A DNA stretch of 43,387 nt from a virus (Duplodnaviria; Caudoviricetes), in IMG/VR virus record IMGVR_UViG_3300049139_000071, positions 1 through 43,387 of that record; one strand, written 5' to 3'. A model generated the notes under the pieces. The model searched no databases, was not told where the DNA came from, and saw only the letters and a list, made by a program, of their open reading frames with translations. The translations under genes and the position numbers were made by a program. Of this stretch, positions 7,048 through 17,040 are shown in pieces. Position 1 is the first letter of the stretch; every line of letters begins with the position of its first letter.

Positions 7048-8318
7048 TCATCCCGTACAAACCACGGGAACAGTTCATCGCCTACCACGACAGAACCGAA
7101 CGCTTTGCCAAGATCGTCGCTCATCGACGCTTTGGTAAAACGGTTGGTTGCATCAACGACAAGATCAGGGCGGCGCTGACGAACACGAGGCAATATCCGC
7201 CTCCTCGGTATGCCTACGTTGCTCCAACCTATACGCAGGCGAAGGACATCGCCTGGGGCTACCTGAAGCACTATTCAGCGCCCATACCGGGCATCAAGAC
7301 GAGCGAATCCGAGTTGTGGGTGGAATACCCCAATGGGGCGAGGATCAGGCTCTACGGGGCTGACAACTACGACCGGATGCGTGGGCTGTACCACGACGGG
7401 GTGACGGTAGACGAGCCGGCGCAGATGGACCCGAGGGCATGGCCTGAGGTCATTCGTCCGACACTATCGGACTATCAGGGCTGGGCTACGTTCATCGGCA
7501 CTCCGGCCGGGCGCGACTGGTTTTACAAGATCGACAAGGCCGAAGATGGTTCGGACATGCCTGACTTCTTTCGGCTGACGCTGAAGGCGAGCGAAACGGG
7601 GATAATCAACCCCGAGGAACTGCAAAGCTTGAAGGCTGGCTTGTCTGAAGAGCAATACGCGCAGGAGTTCGAATGTTCGTTCGATTCCGCAGTTGTCGGC
7701 GCCTACTACGGCCGGCTGATGAAGCAGGCGGAAGAAGCCAAGAGAATTGCGAGTGTTTCCTATGACCCAGCCGTTCCGGTGTACACAGCCTGGGACTTGG
7801 GCATCCGAGATGCTACCGCCATTTGGTTTGCCCAAGTCGTCGGACGAGAAATCCACCTCGTGGATTATTACGAGGCGTCCGGAGTTGACCTTGGCCATTA
7901 CGTTCGGGAGATTTTCAACAGACCGTTCGTATATGCAGGCCACATTGTACCGCACGACGCCCAAGCTAAAGAGCTGGGAACGGGCAAGAGCCGCCTGGAG
8001 GTTCTGGAAAGCCTTGGGTTGAAGAACCTCACGGTTGCGGCAATGCACCGGATTGAGGACGGCATCAACGCCGTTCGCACGATCATCCCGCGCTGCTGGT
8101 TCGATCAGACCAAGTGCTCGCGCGGTATTGACGCGCTGAAGCTCTATCGGGCTGAGTTTGACGACAAATTGCAGGCGCTGAAGCCGAGGCCCGTCCATGA
8201 CTGGACGAGCCATGCGTCTGACGCATTCCGTTATCTGGCGATGACGCTGGATGACATGCGCGGCACGCCCGCCTTGAAGATCAACATTGAGCGTCGCGGC
8301 TCGTGGATGGGTGGCTAG
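7035..8318 (+). CDS. terL: Terminase large subunit
   Basis: Walker A HRRFGKT; Walker B VTVDE; coupling motif IGTP; nuclease WDLG..D and H.SDAFRY. Confidence 0.95.
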   Translation: MVEIVIPYKPREQFIAYHDRTERFAKIVAHRRFGKTVGCINDKIRAALTNTRQYPPPRYAYVAPTYTQAKDIAWGYLKHYSAPIPGIKTSESELWVEYPNGARIRLYGADNYDRMRGLYHDGVTVDEPAQMDPRAWPEVIRPTLSDYQGWATFIGTPAGRDWFYKIDKAEDGSDMPDFFRLTLKASETGIINPEELQSLKAGLSEEQYAQEFECSFDSAVVGAYYGRLMKQAEEAKRIASVSYDPAVPVYTAWDLGIRDATAIWFAQVVGREIHLVDYYEASGVDLGHYVREIFNRPFVYAGHIVPHDAQAKELGTGKSRLEVLESLGLKNLTVAAMHRIEDGINAVRTIIPRCWFDQTKCSRGIDALKLYRAEFDDKLQALKPRPVHDWTSHASDAFRYLAMTLDDMRGTPALKINIERRGSWMGG

Positions 8319-8340
8319 CATGAGGGTCCGGCGGCTGAAC

Positions 8341-8520
8341 ATGACGGTTCATCGCATTGGCGGCGCCACGATCGACATCGACTGCGGCAACGACAACGGC
8401 TGCCGCGTGAACATTCCGGGCGACGGCAACGGAGGCTTTGACATGGCTGCGCTCGCGGAGGGCTTTGAGATTCTTGCCGGCGAACTGCGCAGCATCGCTG
8501 CGGCGAAGAAAGCTGCCTGA
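8341..8520 (+). CDS. Hypothetical protein between terL and portal
   Basis: ORF TGATG-coupled to the portal start. Confidence 0.5.
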   Translation: MTVHRIGGATIDIDCGNDNGCRVNIPGDGNGGFDMAALAEGFEILAGELRSIAAAKKAA

Positions 8521-10784
8521 TGGCCGATTACGAAGAGAAGCCCAAGGCCAAACCAAAGTCCAAGGACAACGGCGACATCTGCCGCACCGCGCTAGAACGG
8601 TATGCGCGGTTCACCGAGCGCGAGCGGACCAACATCGACCACGCCTACGAGGACCTGGAATTCTGCTGGGACGACAAGCAATGGTCTGATGTTGATATCG
8701 AGCAGCGCAAGGATCGCCCGGTTCTGACGGTCAACCGCCTGCCGCAGTTCGTGCATCAGGTCACGGGCGACATGCGGCAGATGAAGCCTGCCATCAAGGT
8801 CGTTGCGGTCGATAGCGCGGGAGACAAGGATACGGCCGAGACGATGGCCGGCATGGTGCGCTATATCGAGAACCGATCCGACGCGCCGGGGATTTATACG
8901 TCTGGCGCCGATCTTCAGGTCTCGTGCGGCATTGGCGCATGGCGGGTCAACAAGGAATACGCAGCCGAGAGCACATTCAACCAGGAACTGCGGATTGTTG
9001 GCGTTGACGACGCCGTGGCGATTGCGTGGGACCCTGACAGCGTTCTTCCCACTCGCGAGGATGCCAAGTGGTGCATTGTCCCTGTGGACATGAGCCATGA
9101 AGCGTTCACGGAGCAATATCCCGATGCGCCGCTGGCGGACTTTGACGAGTCGAAGGATGCGCAACTAACCGGCTGGTACGATCAGGATTTCGTGCGGGTT
9201 GCCGAGTATTGGGTGAAGAAGCCCGTCAAGCGCACGCTTGCCCTGATGCCGGATGGCGCGATTATCGAGCCGAAGGAGGGTGAGCCGCTACCGCCTGAGG
9301 CCCGCGTTGAAAAGCGCGATGGCTTCAAGGTCTGTCGCTACCTGATTACGGGTGCGCATGTGTTGGAAGGGCCGATCGACTGGCCGGGTATGTATATCCC
9401 GATTGTGCCTGTGATCGGCGAGGAAATCAGGATCGGGCGCCGGATCGTGAGGCGCGGGCTGGTGCGATCTGCGAAGGACTCGCAGCGCATGTTCAACTAT
9501 TTCTGCTCGGCTCAGGCTGAGGTTGTGGCGCTGCAGCCCAAGGCTCCGTTCATGGTGACGGAGAAGAACGTCGAGAAGTATCAGGAGGCGTGGCAAGAGG
9601 CTAACACCAAGGCGCTGCCGTATCTGCCTTACGAGCCTGATCCGAAGAACAGTGGCATGGCGCCGCAGCGTGTGCAGCCGCCTGTGACCTCGCAGGGCAT
9701 CACGGAAGGCATTGCGCTCGCCGCCGAAAATATGAAGGCGGTTATCGGCATTTACGATGCTGGTCTGGGTCAGCGTTCCAACGAGACGAGCGGCAAGGCG
9801 ATCCTTGCAAGGCAGAAAGAGGGCGATGTTGGCTCGTTCGTCTATATCGATAACTGGTCGCGCTCGATCCGCCACACTGGCAAAGTCCTGATCGACCTCA
9901 TTCCGCACGTCTACGACACGGAACGCATGATCCGCATCATGGGCGAGGATGGCAAGATCGACCTGAAGTGGATCAACCGGACGGTTGGCCTGGTTGAGTT
10001 TGACGAATACGGCGAGCAGAAGCAGGTTGAGCGCGTCGAGAACGACATGACGGCCGGCACCTATGACGTGGTGCTTGAGACCGGCCCGTCCTATTCGACC
10101 AAGCGCGAGGAGGCCAAGGAGGGCATGATTGCCTTCCTTCAGGGCGCACCTGACGTGGCTCCCGCTGTGATGGACTTGGTTGCCAAGGGTCAGGATTGGC
10201 CGCTTGCTGACCAGTTTGCGGAGCGTCTGGAGGCCATTGCACCGCCGCAGATTCAGAAGCTGCTGGCGAACCAGAAGAAGGAGCAGGGCGACGAGGTTCC
10301 GCCGGCCGAGCCGCCGGGACCGGCCGAGCAATTGCAGTTGGCCGGGCTTCAGGCCGAGGTCGAGGGCAAGCAGCTCACGAACAAGAAGACGCAGGCCGAG
10401 ATTGCCCTGATCGCGAAGGAAATTCAGGCGCCGCCGGAAGGCGCCGCGGTTGATCCTTCAGCGATGATCAGTGCGCAGTTCGAAGCGCAGATGAATGATA
10501 TCAAGCTGGCAGAGGCGGCCGACAACCTTCAGGCCACTCGTCGCTTGAACGCGATCAAGATCGAACAGGAGCTATTGAAGCTTCAACAGGCCCGCGCCGG
10601 GCTGGCGATCAATACCGAAAAGCACGCTGTAGACATGGCCGGTCGCGTCGAGGGTTTGAAGCAGGGTGCCGAGAAACACGGTGCTGGCATGGTCCAGACG
10701 CATCAGAGCATGATGCACGGCGAGGAAAGCCACGCCGCGAAGGTTGAGCAGATGAAGGCGAAGCCGGAGCCGCGCGCCCAATAA
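8520..10784 (+). CDS. Portal protein (P22 gp1-like)
   Basis: RPVLTVNRL, IPIVPVIGEE, AKDSQRMFN, SNETSGKAILARQ, YDVVLETGPSYSTKREEA; long C-terminal helical barrel. Confidence 0.93.
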   Translation: MADYEEKPKAKPKSKDNGDICRTALERYARFTERERTNIDHAYEDLEFCWDDKQWSDVDIEQRKDRPVLTVNRLPQFVHQVTGDMRQMKPAIKVVAVDSAGDKDTAETMAGMVRYIENRSDAPGIYTSGADLQVSCGIGAWRVNKEYAAESTFNQELRIVGVDDAVAIAWDPDSVLPTREDAKWCIVPVDMSHEAFTEQYPDAPLADFDESKDAQLTGWYDQDFVRVAEYWVKKPVKRTLALMPDGAIIEPKEGEPLPPEARVEKRDGFKVCRYLITGAHVLEGPIDWPGMYIPIVPVIGEEIRIGRRIVRRGLVRSAKDSQRMFNYFCSAQAEVVALQPKAPFMVTEKNVEKYQEAWQEANTKALPYLPYEPDPKNSGMAPQRVQPPVTSQGITEGIALAAENMKAVIGIYDAGLGQRSNETSGKAILARQKEGDVGSFVYIDNWSRSIRHTGKVLIDLIPHVYDTERMIRIMGEDGKIDLKWINRTVGLVEFDEYGEQKQVERVENDMTAGTYDVVLETGPSYSTKREEAKEGMIAFLQGAPDVAPAVMDLVAKGQDWPLADQFAERLEAIAPPQIQKLLANQKKEQGDEVPPAEPPGPAEQLQLAGLQAEVEGKQLTNKKTQAEIALIAKEIQAPPEGAAVDPSAMISAQFEAQMNDIKLAEAADNLQATRRLNAIKIEQELLKLQQARAGLAINTEKHAVDMAGRVEGLKQGAEKHGAGMVQTHQSMMHGEESHAAKVEQMKAKPEPRAQ

Positions 10785-10830
10785 GTTCCGCATGATGCTG
10801 GTCGCATGACGTGACCGGCGCTGCGTTTGC

Positions 10831-10860
10831 AGCCGTCCTTTCGAGGGCGGCTTTTTTGTT
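10831..10860 (+). terminator. Intrinsic terminator after the portal gene
   Basis: AGCCGTCC-TTTCGA-GGGCGGCT followed by a T-tract. Confidence 0.8.
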
Positions 10861-10869
10861 GAGCCAAAC

Positions 10870-11769
10870 ATGACAGACGAAACCACTCAGGCGGCAACGC
10901 CGGAGACGACTGCAACTACCACGACCGAGCCTGCCGATCCCACGTTCAACCTTGAGGCTGTAGCTACGCCAGAGGTTGCGGAGGAAACGCCGGCAACGAC
11001 TACCGACGAGGCGCCGGAATCTTCGACGGAAGAAACCAGCGAGGAAGCGAAGGGCGAAGAGCCGGACGGCAAAAAGAAGCTGTCTGGATCGCAGCGCCTC
11101 AAGCGAAGGCTTCAGGCGATCGAGGCGGAATTTCTCAACGCTCAGAGCGAGCTTGAGGAGTATCGCAGGAAAGAAACGGAAGCGCCCAAGGCCGATGCCA
11201 AACCGGGCATAGACCGCGAGCCAACCGAAGCTGACTTTCCGAACGACTATTTCGCCTTTGAGCGGGCGAAAGTTGCATGGGACGTGCGCCAGGCGATCCG
11301 AGAGGAAAACGCTAAGGTTCACAACACCACGCAGCGCAAGGAACAGGATCGCGCACAAGTCGCGCTTCGCCAGGAGAGGCTGGAAGCCTACGAAGAATTG
11401 GTGGAGACGGTACGCGAGCGCATTCCTGACTTCGACAAGGTGCTCCAGGCTGCATCGGACGTGAAGATTAACAATCCAGAGCTGGTCGAAGAGATCATGG
11501 CTTCGGATAAATCGGCGCTGTTGCAGTACTACCTTGCGAAGAATCTCGACAAGGCGCGAGAGCTAAACGGCATGAGAGGCCGCGGGCTGGCGAGAGAAAT
11601 CGGCCGGCTGGAGGCGAAAGTTCATCTGCCAACGCCAAAGAAAGCAACCACGGCAAGCCCGCCGCCTTCGCAACCGAAGGGCGGTGCGGCTCCACCTGCC
11701 GATTTAGCATCGGCGGACATGGAGACGTATGTCGCTCTGCGACGCAAGCAGGGGTTTGTCGCGAATTAA
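10870..11769 (+). CDS. Scaffolding protein
   Basis: Between portal and coat; acidic N-terminus, coiled coil, YYLAKN..EIGRLEA, basic C-terminal tip. Confidence 0.8.
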   Translation: MTDETTQAATPETTATTTTEPADPTFNLEAVATPEVAEETPATTTDEAPESSTEETSEEAKGEEPDGKKKLSGSQRLKRRLQAIEAEFLNAQSELEEYRRKETEAPKADAKPGIDREPTEADFPNDYFAFERAKVAWDVRQAIREENAKVHNTTQRKEQDRAQVALRQERLEAYEELVETVRERIPDFDKVLQAASDVKINNPELVEEIMASDKSALLQYYLAKNLDKARELNGMRGRGLAREIGRLEAKVHLPTPKKATTASPPPSQPKGGAAPPADLASADMETYVALRRKQGFVAN

Positions 11770-11844
11770 ACCGAGATTGCCCGTCGTGATGACGCGCTCT
11801 CCCAGAGCGGAACGCAGTGATGCGCCCCGCGTGAAGGAACTGAA

Positions 11845-13104
11845 ATGAGCAATACGACCCTGACTGCGGACATCGTTGCCAAAGAGGCGGTGATGATCCT
11901 CGAAAACGACTGCGTGATGGGCAAGCTCGTCCATCGCGGCTTCGAAGACGAGTTCGCCAAGAACGTCAACGGCTACACGGTCGGCGAAACCGTCTCCATC
12001 CGTCGCCCTAACGACTTCACCGTCCGTACCGGCGCAACCGCTGCTGTGCAGGACGTTGTGGAAGGCAAGACCTCGATCACGGTGGACACCCAGATCGGCG
12101 TTGACTTCAAGTTCACGTCTCAGGACCTGACCTTGCAGATCAAGGACCTGTCGGAGCGTGTCATCAAGCCCGCGATGGTGCAGCTTGCCAACAAGATCGA
12201 TGGCGACCTGCTCGGCCTCTACAAGAAAGTGCCGAACCACGTCACGATCCCGGCCGGCGGCATCGACTCCTATGCTGACTTCGCCCTTGCGGCGGAGCGC
12301 ATGGACCTGATCGGCGTTCCGCAGGACGAGGGCCGCGCTGCCGTGCTGACCGCTTCCGATACATGGAAGCTGCTCGGCTCGCAGACCGCGCTCTACATGC
12401 AGGACGTGGCCAAGTCTGCCTATCGTACCCGCAAGCTGGGCATGATCGGCGGCATCGACACCTATACGTCGCTGAATGCGAAAACCCACACCACGGGCGA
12501 CCGCACCGGCACGGATTTGGTGGACCAGGCGCTGGTCGATGGCACGCAGACCTGGGCATCGTACAAGGATGCGACCTCCGTCACGCTGCACATGGACGGC
12601 TTCGCTGCGGCGACCTCCACGGTCAAGGCTGGCGACACGTTTACCATCGCCGACGTGTGGGACGTGAACCCGGTGACCAAGGAGCGTCTTGGGCATCTGA
12701 AGATGTTCGTTGTGATGGAGGATTTCACGGCGGCGTCCAGCGAGGGCGATCTGCAGATTTGGCCGCCGCTCATCATGTCTGGCGCTCAGCAGACCGTCAG
12801 CGTGGATTCCGGCACGGAAGTCAACGACAACGTTGTCACCTGGCAGGGCACGGCAAGCACGGGTTTCCCGCAGAACCTGTACTTCCACAAGAACGCCTTC
12901 GCGCTCGTCACCGTGCCGATGGTCAAGCCTCCGGGCGCCGTCGATGTGGGCCGCCGTTCGTACAAGGGATATAGCGTTCGCGTGATCCCCTACTACGACG
13001 GCACGAACGACGTGAGCAACTGGCGTCTTGATCTGCTCTACGGGATCAAGGCCATCGATCCGCGTCTCGCGGTTCGCGCCTCGCTCGCGGCCGACGTGGC
13101 GTAA
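11845..13104 (+). CDS. Major capsid protein (P22 gp5-like)
   Basis: MSNTTLTADIVAKEA..GETVSIRRP..PAMVQLANKID..FHKNAFAL..RLDLLYG. Confidence 0.93.
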   Translation: MSNTTLTADIVAKEAVMILENDCVMGKLVHRGFEDEFAKNVNGYTVGETVSIRRPNDFTVRTGATAAVQDVVEGKTSITVDTQIGVDFKFTSQDLTLQIKDLSERVIKPAMVQLANKIDGDLLGLYKKVPNHVTIPAGGIDSYADFALAAERMDLIGVPQDEGRAAVLTASDTWKLLGSQTALYMQDVAKSAYRTRKLGMIGGIDTYTSLNAKTHTTGDRTGTDLVDQALVDGTQTWASYKDATSVTLHMDGFAAATSTVKAGDTFTIADVWDVNPVTKERLGHLKMFVVMEDFTAASSEGDLQIWPPLIMSGAQQTVSVDSGTEVNDNVVTWQGTASTGFPQNLYFHKNAFALVTVPMVKPPGAVDVGRRSYKGYSVRVIPYYDGTNDVSNWRLDLLYGIKAIDPRLAVRASLAADVA

Positions 13105-13110
13105 TCAATC

Positions 13111-13140
13111 GGGGCGGGCTTAGGCTCGCCCCTTTTCCTT
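13111..13140 (+). terminator. Intrinsic terminator after the coat gene
   Basis: GGGGCGGGC-TTAG-GCTCGCCCC then TTTT. Confidence 0.85.
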
Positions 13141-13167
13141 TCTCTCTCATATCAAGGAGCCATTGCA

Positions 13168-13416
13168 ATGGCTGTTAAGGAACTTTCTGACAAGGGGCCG
13201 GACGGCACTCGTCTCGGCCAGAGCGCGGATGACCTGGTTGGTTTCCATGGAGCCGACCCGATCGCGCAGTTGGAGGCGACGACTGCGCCTGCAGCGACCG
13301 CAGCAACCAGCACCACGCCGTTTGGTTACAGCCAGACTCAGGCTGATGCCATCGTGACGTGGATTCGCGCGGTTGATGCTCACCTGAAATCGAAGGGCAT
13401 CATTGCCTCTTCGTAA
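13168..13416 (+). CDS. Small virion protein (possible capsid decoration)
   Basis: AAGGAG RBS; directly after the coat gene; VGFHGADP..L..KGII. Confidence 0.7.
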   Translation: MAVKELSDKGPDGTRLGQSADDLVGFHGADPIAQLEATTAPAATAATSTTPFGYSQTQADAIVTWIRAVDAHLKSKGIIASS

Positions 13417-13422
13417 CCGTCA

Positions 13423-13453
13423 AGGGCGGGCTTAACGGCCCGCCTTTCTCTTT
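13423..13453 (+). terminator. Intrinsic terminator
   Basis: AGGGCGGGC-TTAACG-GCCCGCCTT then a pyrimidine tract. Confidence 0.75.
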
Positions 13454-13466
13454 GTGAGGCCGCAGC

Positions 13467-13859
13467 ATGACGACGAAAACCCGCGCGCAACTCGTAGAGC
13501 TTGCGGCCGAAGAGTTGTTGCTGACCTCGGACGGCAACTCGCTGGAGGATTCCGACGAGGACAAGATCGATCGCCGGGTTGACGGGCTGTTTGCTGAGCT
13601 TTCGGCGCGCGGCGTTGTCGATGTGGACGACGAGGCTGAAATCCCCGTCGAGTGGTGCGGTCCTCTGGCTGAACTACTCGCCAACGAGTGCGCGGTAGCG
13701 TTCGGCAAGCAGAAGATATCGCCTGCGGCTCGAACCGAGATCGAGGACCGCCTGAAGGTCATCATTCAGCGGATTGATCCGTCGAGTCCTTACCTGAAAA
13801 CCGATCTGCCGAAGGCGATGGGCCGCTTCACCTATAACCGCTGGCTGACCGGCCGATAA
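13467..13859 (+). CDS. Head-tail adaptor (P22 gp4-like)
   Basis: Size, helical pattern and position immediately before the gp10-like gene. Confidence 0.7.
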   Translation: MTTKTRAQLVELAAEELLLTSDGNSLEDSDEDKIDRRVDGLFAELSARGVVDVDDEAEIPVEWCGPLAELLANECAVAFGKQKISPAARTEIEDRLKVIIQRIDPSSPYLKTDLPKAMGRFTYNRWLTGR

Positions 13860-15295
13860 TGCCAGCCATCCCCTTCCCAGCCTCCAGCCATCCCGGCGTC
13901 AAGCCCCAGGAAGGCGGCGGCAGGCTCTTCAATTGCTATGCGGAGAAGACGGGAGAGGCCGCGAAATTCCCCGTTGTGTGGCGCCGCTGTGCTGGCCTGC
14001 AGCAACTCGTAGATATCGCGGACCACTCGCATTTACGCGGCGCGATCTATGTCGGCTCGACGCTCATTCCGGTTTTCGACACGCGCGCCTATACGGTTAC
14101 GGAATCGGGGGGCGTTTATACCGCCACCAATCAAGGCGCTTTGGCCGGCACGAAGCCGGTAACGATTGCGAAGAACAACGCGGCCACGCCGAACATCGTC
14201 TGCGTGGACGTTGATAACGGGGCGTCCAACCTCTTCACGGGTTCGGCGCCAACGGCCTTTGCCGATGCGGACCTGCCGCAGCCGAACAGCGTATCAGAAC
14301 TGCATGGCTATTTCCTCTGGACGATCGGCGACGGGCGGATTTTCGCTTCTGGCCTGAACGCCGTCACGGTTGCGACCAATTCGTTCACGACCGAGCAAAG
14401 CCTTGGTGGGCTGTTGCGCGGTGTGACGTTCCGGGATGAGTTCTTCGCGTTCGGCCCAAGGGGCGCGGGCGTCTACCGGGACATCGGCGCTTCGCCGTTT
14501 CCTCTGGAGCGGCAACCCTACGTCATCAAGCGCGGCATTGCCGGGACGCATGCGATTGCGGGTTGGGAACCGGGCTGGTCGAACGAACTGATCTGGGTGG
14601 GTGACGACGGCATTGTGTACCGTTTGAACGGCTACACGCCGGAGCCGATCTCGAATGAGGATGTATCGCGCGACGTTCAGCAGGCCATCCGGGACGGCCT
14701 TGGCTCTTCGCTGTTCGCCTTCGTTCACATGGAAGGCAAGCACGCCTTCTGGACGCTTTCCAATCCTGGCGAGTGGACGCATCAGTTTGATCTGACAACG
14801 GGCAACTGGATCGAGCGCAAGTCGCTTGGTGATGACGACTGGCGGGCTTCGGCGTCGGTCTACGCCTTCGATCGTTGGATTCTCGGCGATCAGGACAGTG
14901 GCAAGCTGTTCGACGCCACCTCGAACTACTATTTCGAAGGCAACAGCGACGCTCTGGTGATGGAGTTGATCTCTGGTGTCCCGGCGACGTTCCCGGCAAG
15001 GGGCGCGGTGCTGAGGGCTGATTTCGATTTCACGGTCGGTGTTGGCCAGGCGGACGGGTTGATCCCGATCCAGACCGATCCTGCTGTGCTGATTAGCTGG
15101 TCGAAGGATGGCGGCTATTCCTGGAGTAATCCAGTCCGCCGGTCTCTTGGCAAGCAGGGCAAGTCCAAAACCCGTGTCACGGTTCGGCCGGGCGCGTTCT
15201 CTGGGCAAGGCATTCGTTTCAAGCTGTCGATCTCCGATCCGGTTCATATCGGGTTCATGGGCGGTCAGATGGCGATCGAGCAGAGGGCGGCGTGA
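13859..15295 (+). CDS. Tail hub / packaged-DNA stabilisation protein (P22 gp10-like)
   Basis: 478 aa beta-rich; LISWSKDGGYSWS..LGKQG..FKLSISDPV C-terminal signature. Confidence 0.88.
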   Translation: MPAIPFPASSHPGVKPQEGGGRLFNCYAEKTGEAAKFPVVWRRCAGLQQLVDIADHSHLRGAIYVGSTLIPVFDTRAYTVTESGGVYTATNQGALAGTKPVTIAKNNAATPNIVCVDVDNGASNLFTGSAPTAFADADLPQPNSVSELHGYFLWTIGDGRIFASGLNAVTVATNSFTTEQSLGGLLRGVTFRDEFFAFGPRGAGVYRDIGASPFPLERQPYVIKRGIAGTHAIAGWEPGWSNELIWVGDDGIVYRLNGYTPEPISNEDVSRDVQQAIRDGLGSSLFAFVHMEGKHAFWTLSNPGEWTHQFDLTTGNWIERKSLGDDDWRASASVYAFDRWILGDQDSGKLFDATSNYYFEGNSDALVMELISGVPATFPARGAVLRADFDFTVGVGQADGLIPIQTDPAVLISWSKDGGYSWSNPVRRSLGKQGKSKTRVTVRPGAFSGQGIRFKLSISDPVHIGFMGGQMAIEQRAA

Positions 15296-15678
15296 TGGAT
15301 CGTTCGCTTGCTGATCTCGCGGCGGCTTACCTTAAGCAAAGGCCAAGCACGAATCGCGTTGAGCAGGCTTTTATTGATCTAGGTGCGCCTCGCGGCATCA
15401 TGGAGCACGGCAACATTGATTTGCACAGCCGCCCAATCGTCAGAAACCCTGACGGGTCAATAAGCACGGTGCGGTCAACGTCGATGAACTTCGGTAACGG
15501 CGAGGTGCTGTTGCCGACCGTAAGCGATGATGGCCGGAACCTCTCTCTTGAGGAGGTTGCGGAAATGTACCGGCGAAGCGGCCGACATCTGGGCGTCTTT
15601 AACACGCCGGATAACGCGACAGACTACGCAAAACAACTGAGCGCGGCGCAGGCCAAAGAATACGGTGGTCGCCGCTAA
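15292..15678 (+). CDS. Hypothetical protein with a conserved-looking GNIDL..RP..N.DGSISTVRS..LPTV..HLG.F domain
   Basis: Coupled at both ends within the tail operon. Confidence 0.7.
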   Translation: MMDRSLADLAAAYLKQRPSTNRVEQAFIDLGAPRGIMEHGNIDLHSRPIVRNPDGSISTVRSTSMNFGNGEVLLPTVSDDGRNLSLEEVAEMYRRSGRHLGVFNTPDNATDYAKQLSAAQAKEYGGRR

Positions 15679-16007
15679 TGCCTCGTCAGATCAAGGCGCC
15701 GCCCAGCCATGACGCTGCAATCATCGGGGCGAGTGGGCTGGTCACGCGCGAGTGGTACTCGTGGTTTGTCGATACGTACAACGCACTGCTGAACAGGCTT
15801 CCGATCACAGGCACGGCAACGTTTTCAGCGGCCACGACTGTTGCGGTGACGTTCGCGACGCCGGAGCCGAGCGCGGACTACCGTGTGTACCTCTCAGGCG
15901 ATGCCAACCGCACTTATTGGGCGTCAAGCGAAGCGACCACGGGTTTCACCATAAATGCAAGCGCGTCGAACAGCGACTCTGTCGGCTGGGCGATCATAAG
16001 GGCATAG
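15678..16007 (+). CDS. Small tail/virion protein
   Basis: TAATG coupling; REWYSWF N-terminus plus beta-rich C-terminal domain. Confidence 0.65.
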   Translation: MPRQIKAPPSHDAAIIGASGLVTREWYSWFVDTYNALLNRLPITGTATFSAATTVAVTFATPEPSADYRVYLSGDANRTYWASSEATTGFTINASASNSDSVGWAIIRA

Positions 16008-16008
16008 C

Positions 16009-17031
16009 ATGGGAATCTTCGACATCTTTACCGGCGAACCTGCACGGGAAGCCGCTCAGCAATCGCGTGCCGTCTTTGCCGAGCAGCACGGCAACAACAT
16101 CGGCGCGCTGGATGCGGCGTTCGGCAACTCGCAGGGATATATCCGCGACGGCAATACGGCAGCGCGTGGCAATATCACGGGCGGCTACGGCACGGCTCGT
16201 GGAGACATCACGACGGGCGGTCAGAACGCGATCGGCTACATCAACGACGGAACACAAGCCGGCCTTGGGTATCTCGATCAGGCGAGGGACGCCTACACGC
16301 CGCTGTCCGATCTGGCCGCGAAGTATGGGCAGTCAACGTCGCTCTATCAGGATGCGCTCGGCGTCAATGGCGCGGACGCAGCGGGCGCTGCGCGAGGTTC
16401 GTTTGAGACCTCGTTGCCGTACACCTTCAATCTGGATCAGGGCCTGGAGGCGATCAACCGTCGCCGCAACGCTGGCGGAATGCTGGCATCGGGTAATGCT
16501 GACCGGGACGCGCAGGAATACGGCGCGGGGCTGGCTTCCCGCGAGTCCGGCGCGTGGCTCGATCGGCTGGCGGGCTTCATCAATCCCGAGCTGGCTGCGA
16601 CGCAGGGCGCGGCAACGGGCGTTGCCGGGGTCGCTGGCCAGCAGGCAAATCTCGTCAATACGGCCGGCATCAACAGCGCCAACATCGCCGGGCAGACCGG
16701 ACGCTCGCTGGCTGACCTCGCAGCGGGTCAGGGCCGCGAGCTGGCGGGCATCAACACAGGCGAGGGGACGACGCTGGCCAATCTTGCGACGCAGAACGCG
16801 CGGGACAAGGTGACGGCGAACAACGCGTTTGCGAGCCCGTACGCCAACACGTTCGATCAGGAAGCACAGGCGGAGATGCAGGGTTCGGGCAACCTGTGGA
16901 ATTTCGGGATGAACCTTGCACGGCTCGGCACCAGTGCCTTCGGCGGCATGGGTGGCGGCGGAAGTCAGATGGTGAACGGCTACAACGTCGCACAGACCGG
17001 CGGCGGCAACCCGTTCCCGATGCCGATCTGA
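16009..17031 (+). CDS. DNA ejection / internal virion protein (gp7-like position)
   Basis: Gly/Ala/Asn-rich; PYTFNLDQGLEAINRR..GMLASGNA; first of three ejection-type genes. Confidence 0.72.
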   Translation: MGIFDIFTGEPAREAAQQSRAVFAEQHGNNIGALDAAFGNSQGYIRDGNTAARGNITGGYGTARGDITTGGQNAIGYINDGTQAGLGYLDQARDAYTPLSDLAAKYGQSTSLYQDALGVNGADAAGAARGSFETSLPYTFNLDQGLEAINRRRNAGGMLASGNADRDAQEYGAGLASRESGAWLDRLAGFINPELAATQGAATGVAGVAGQQANLVNTAGINSANIAGQTGRSLADLAAGQGRELAGINTGEGTTLANLATQNARDKVTANNAFASPYANTFDQEAQAEMQGSGNLWNFGMNLARLGTSAFGGMGGGGSQMVNGYNVAQTGGGNPFPMPI

Positions 17032-17040
17032 GGTTGATAG

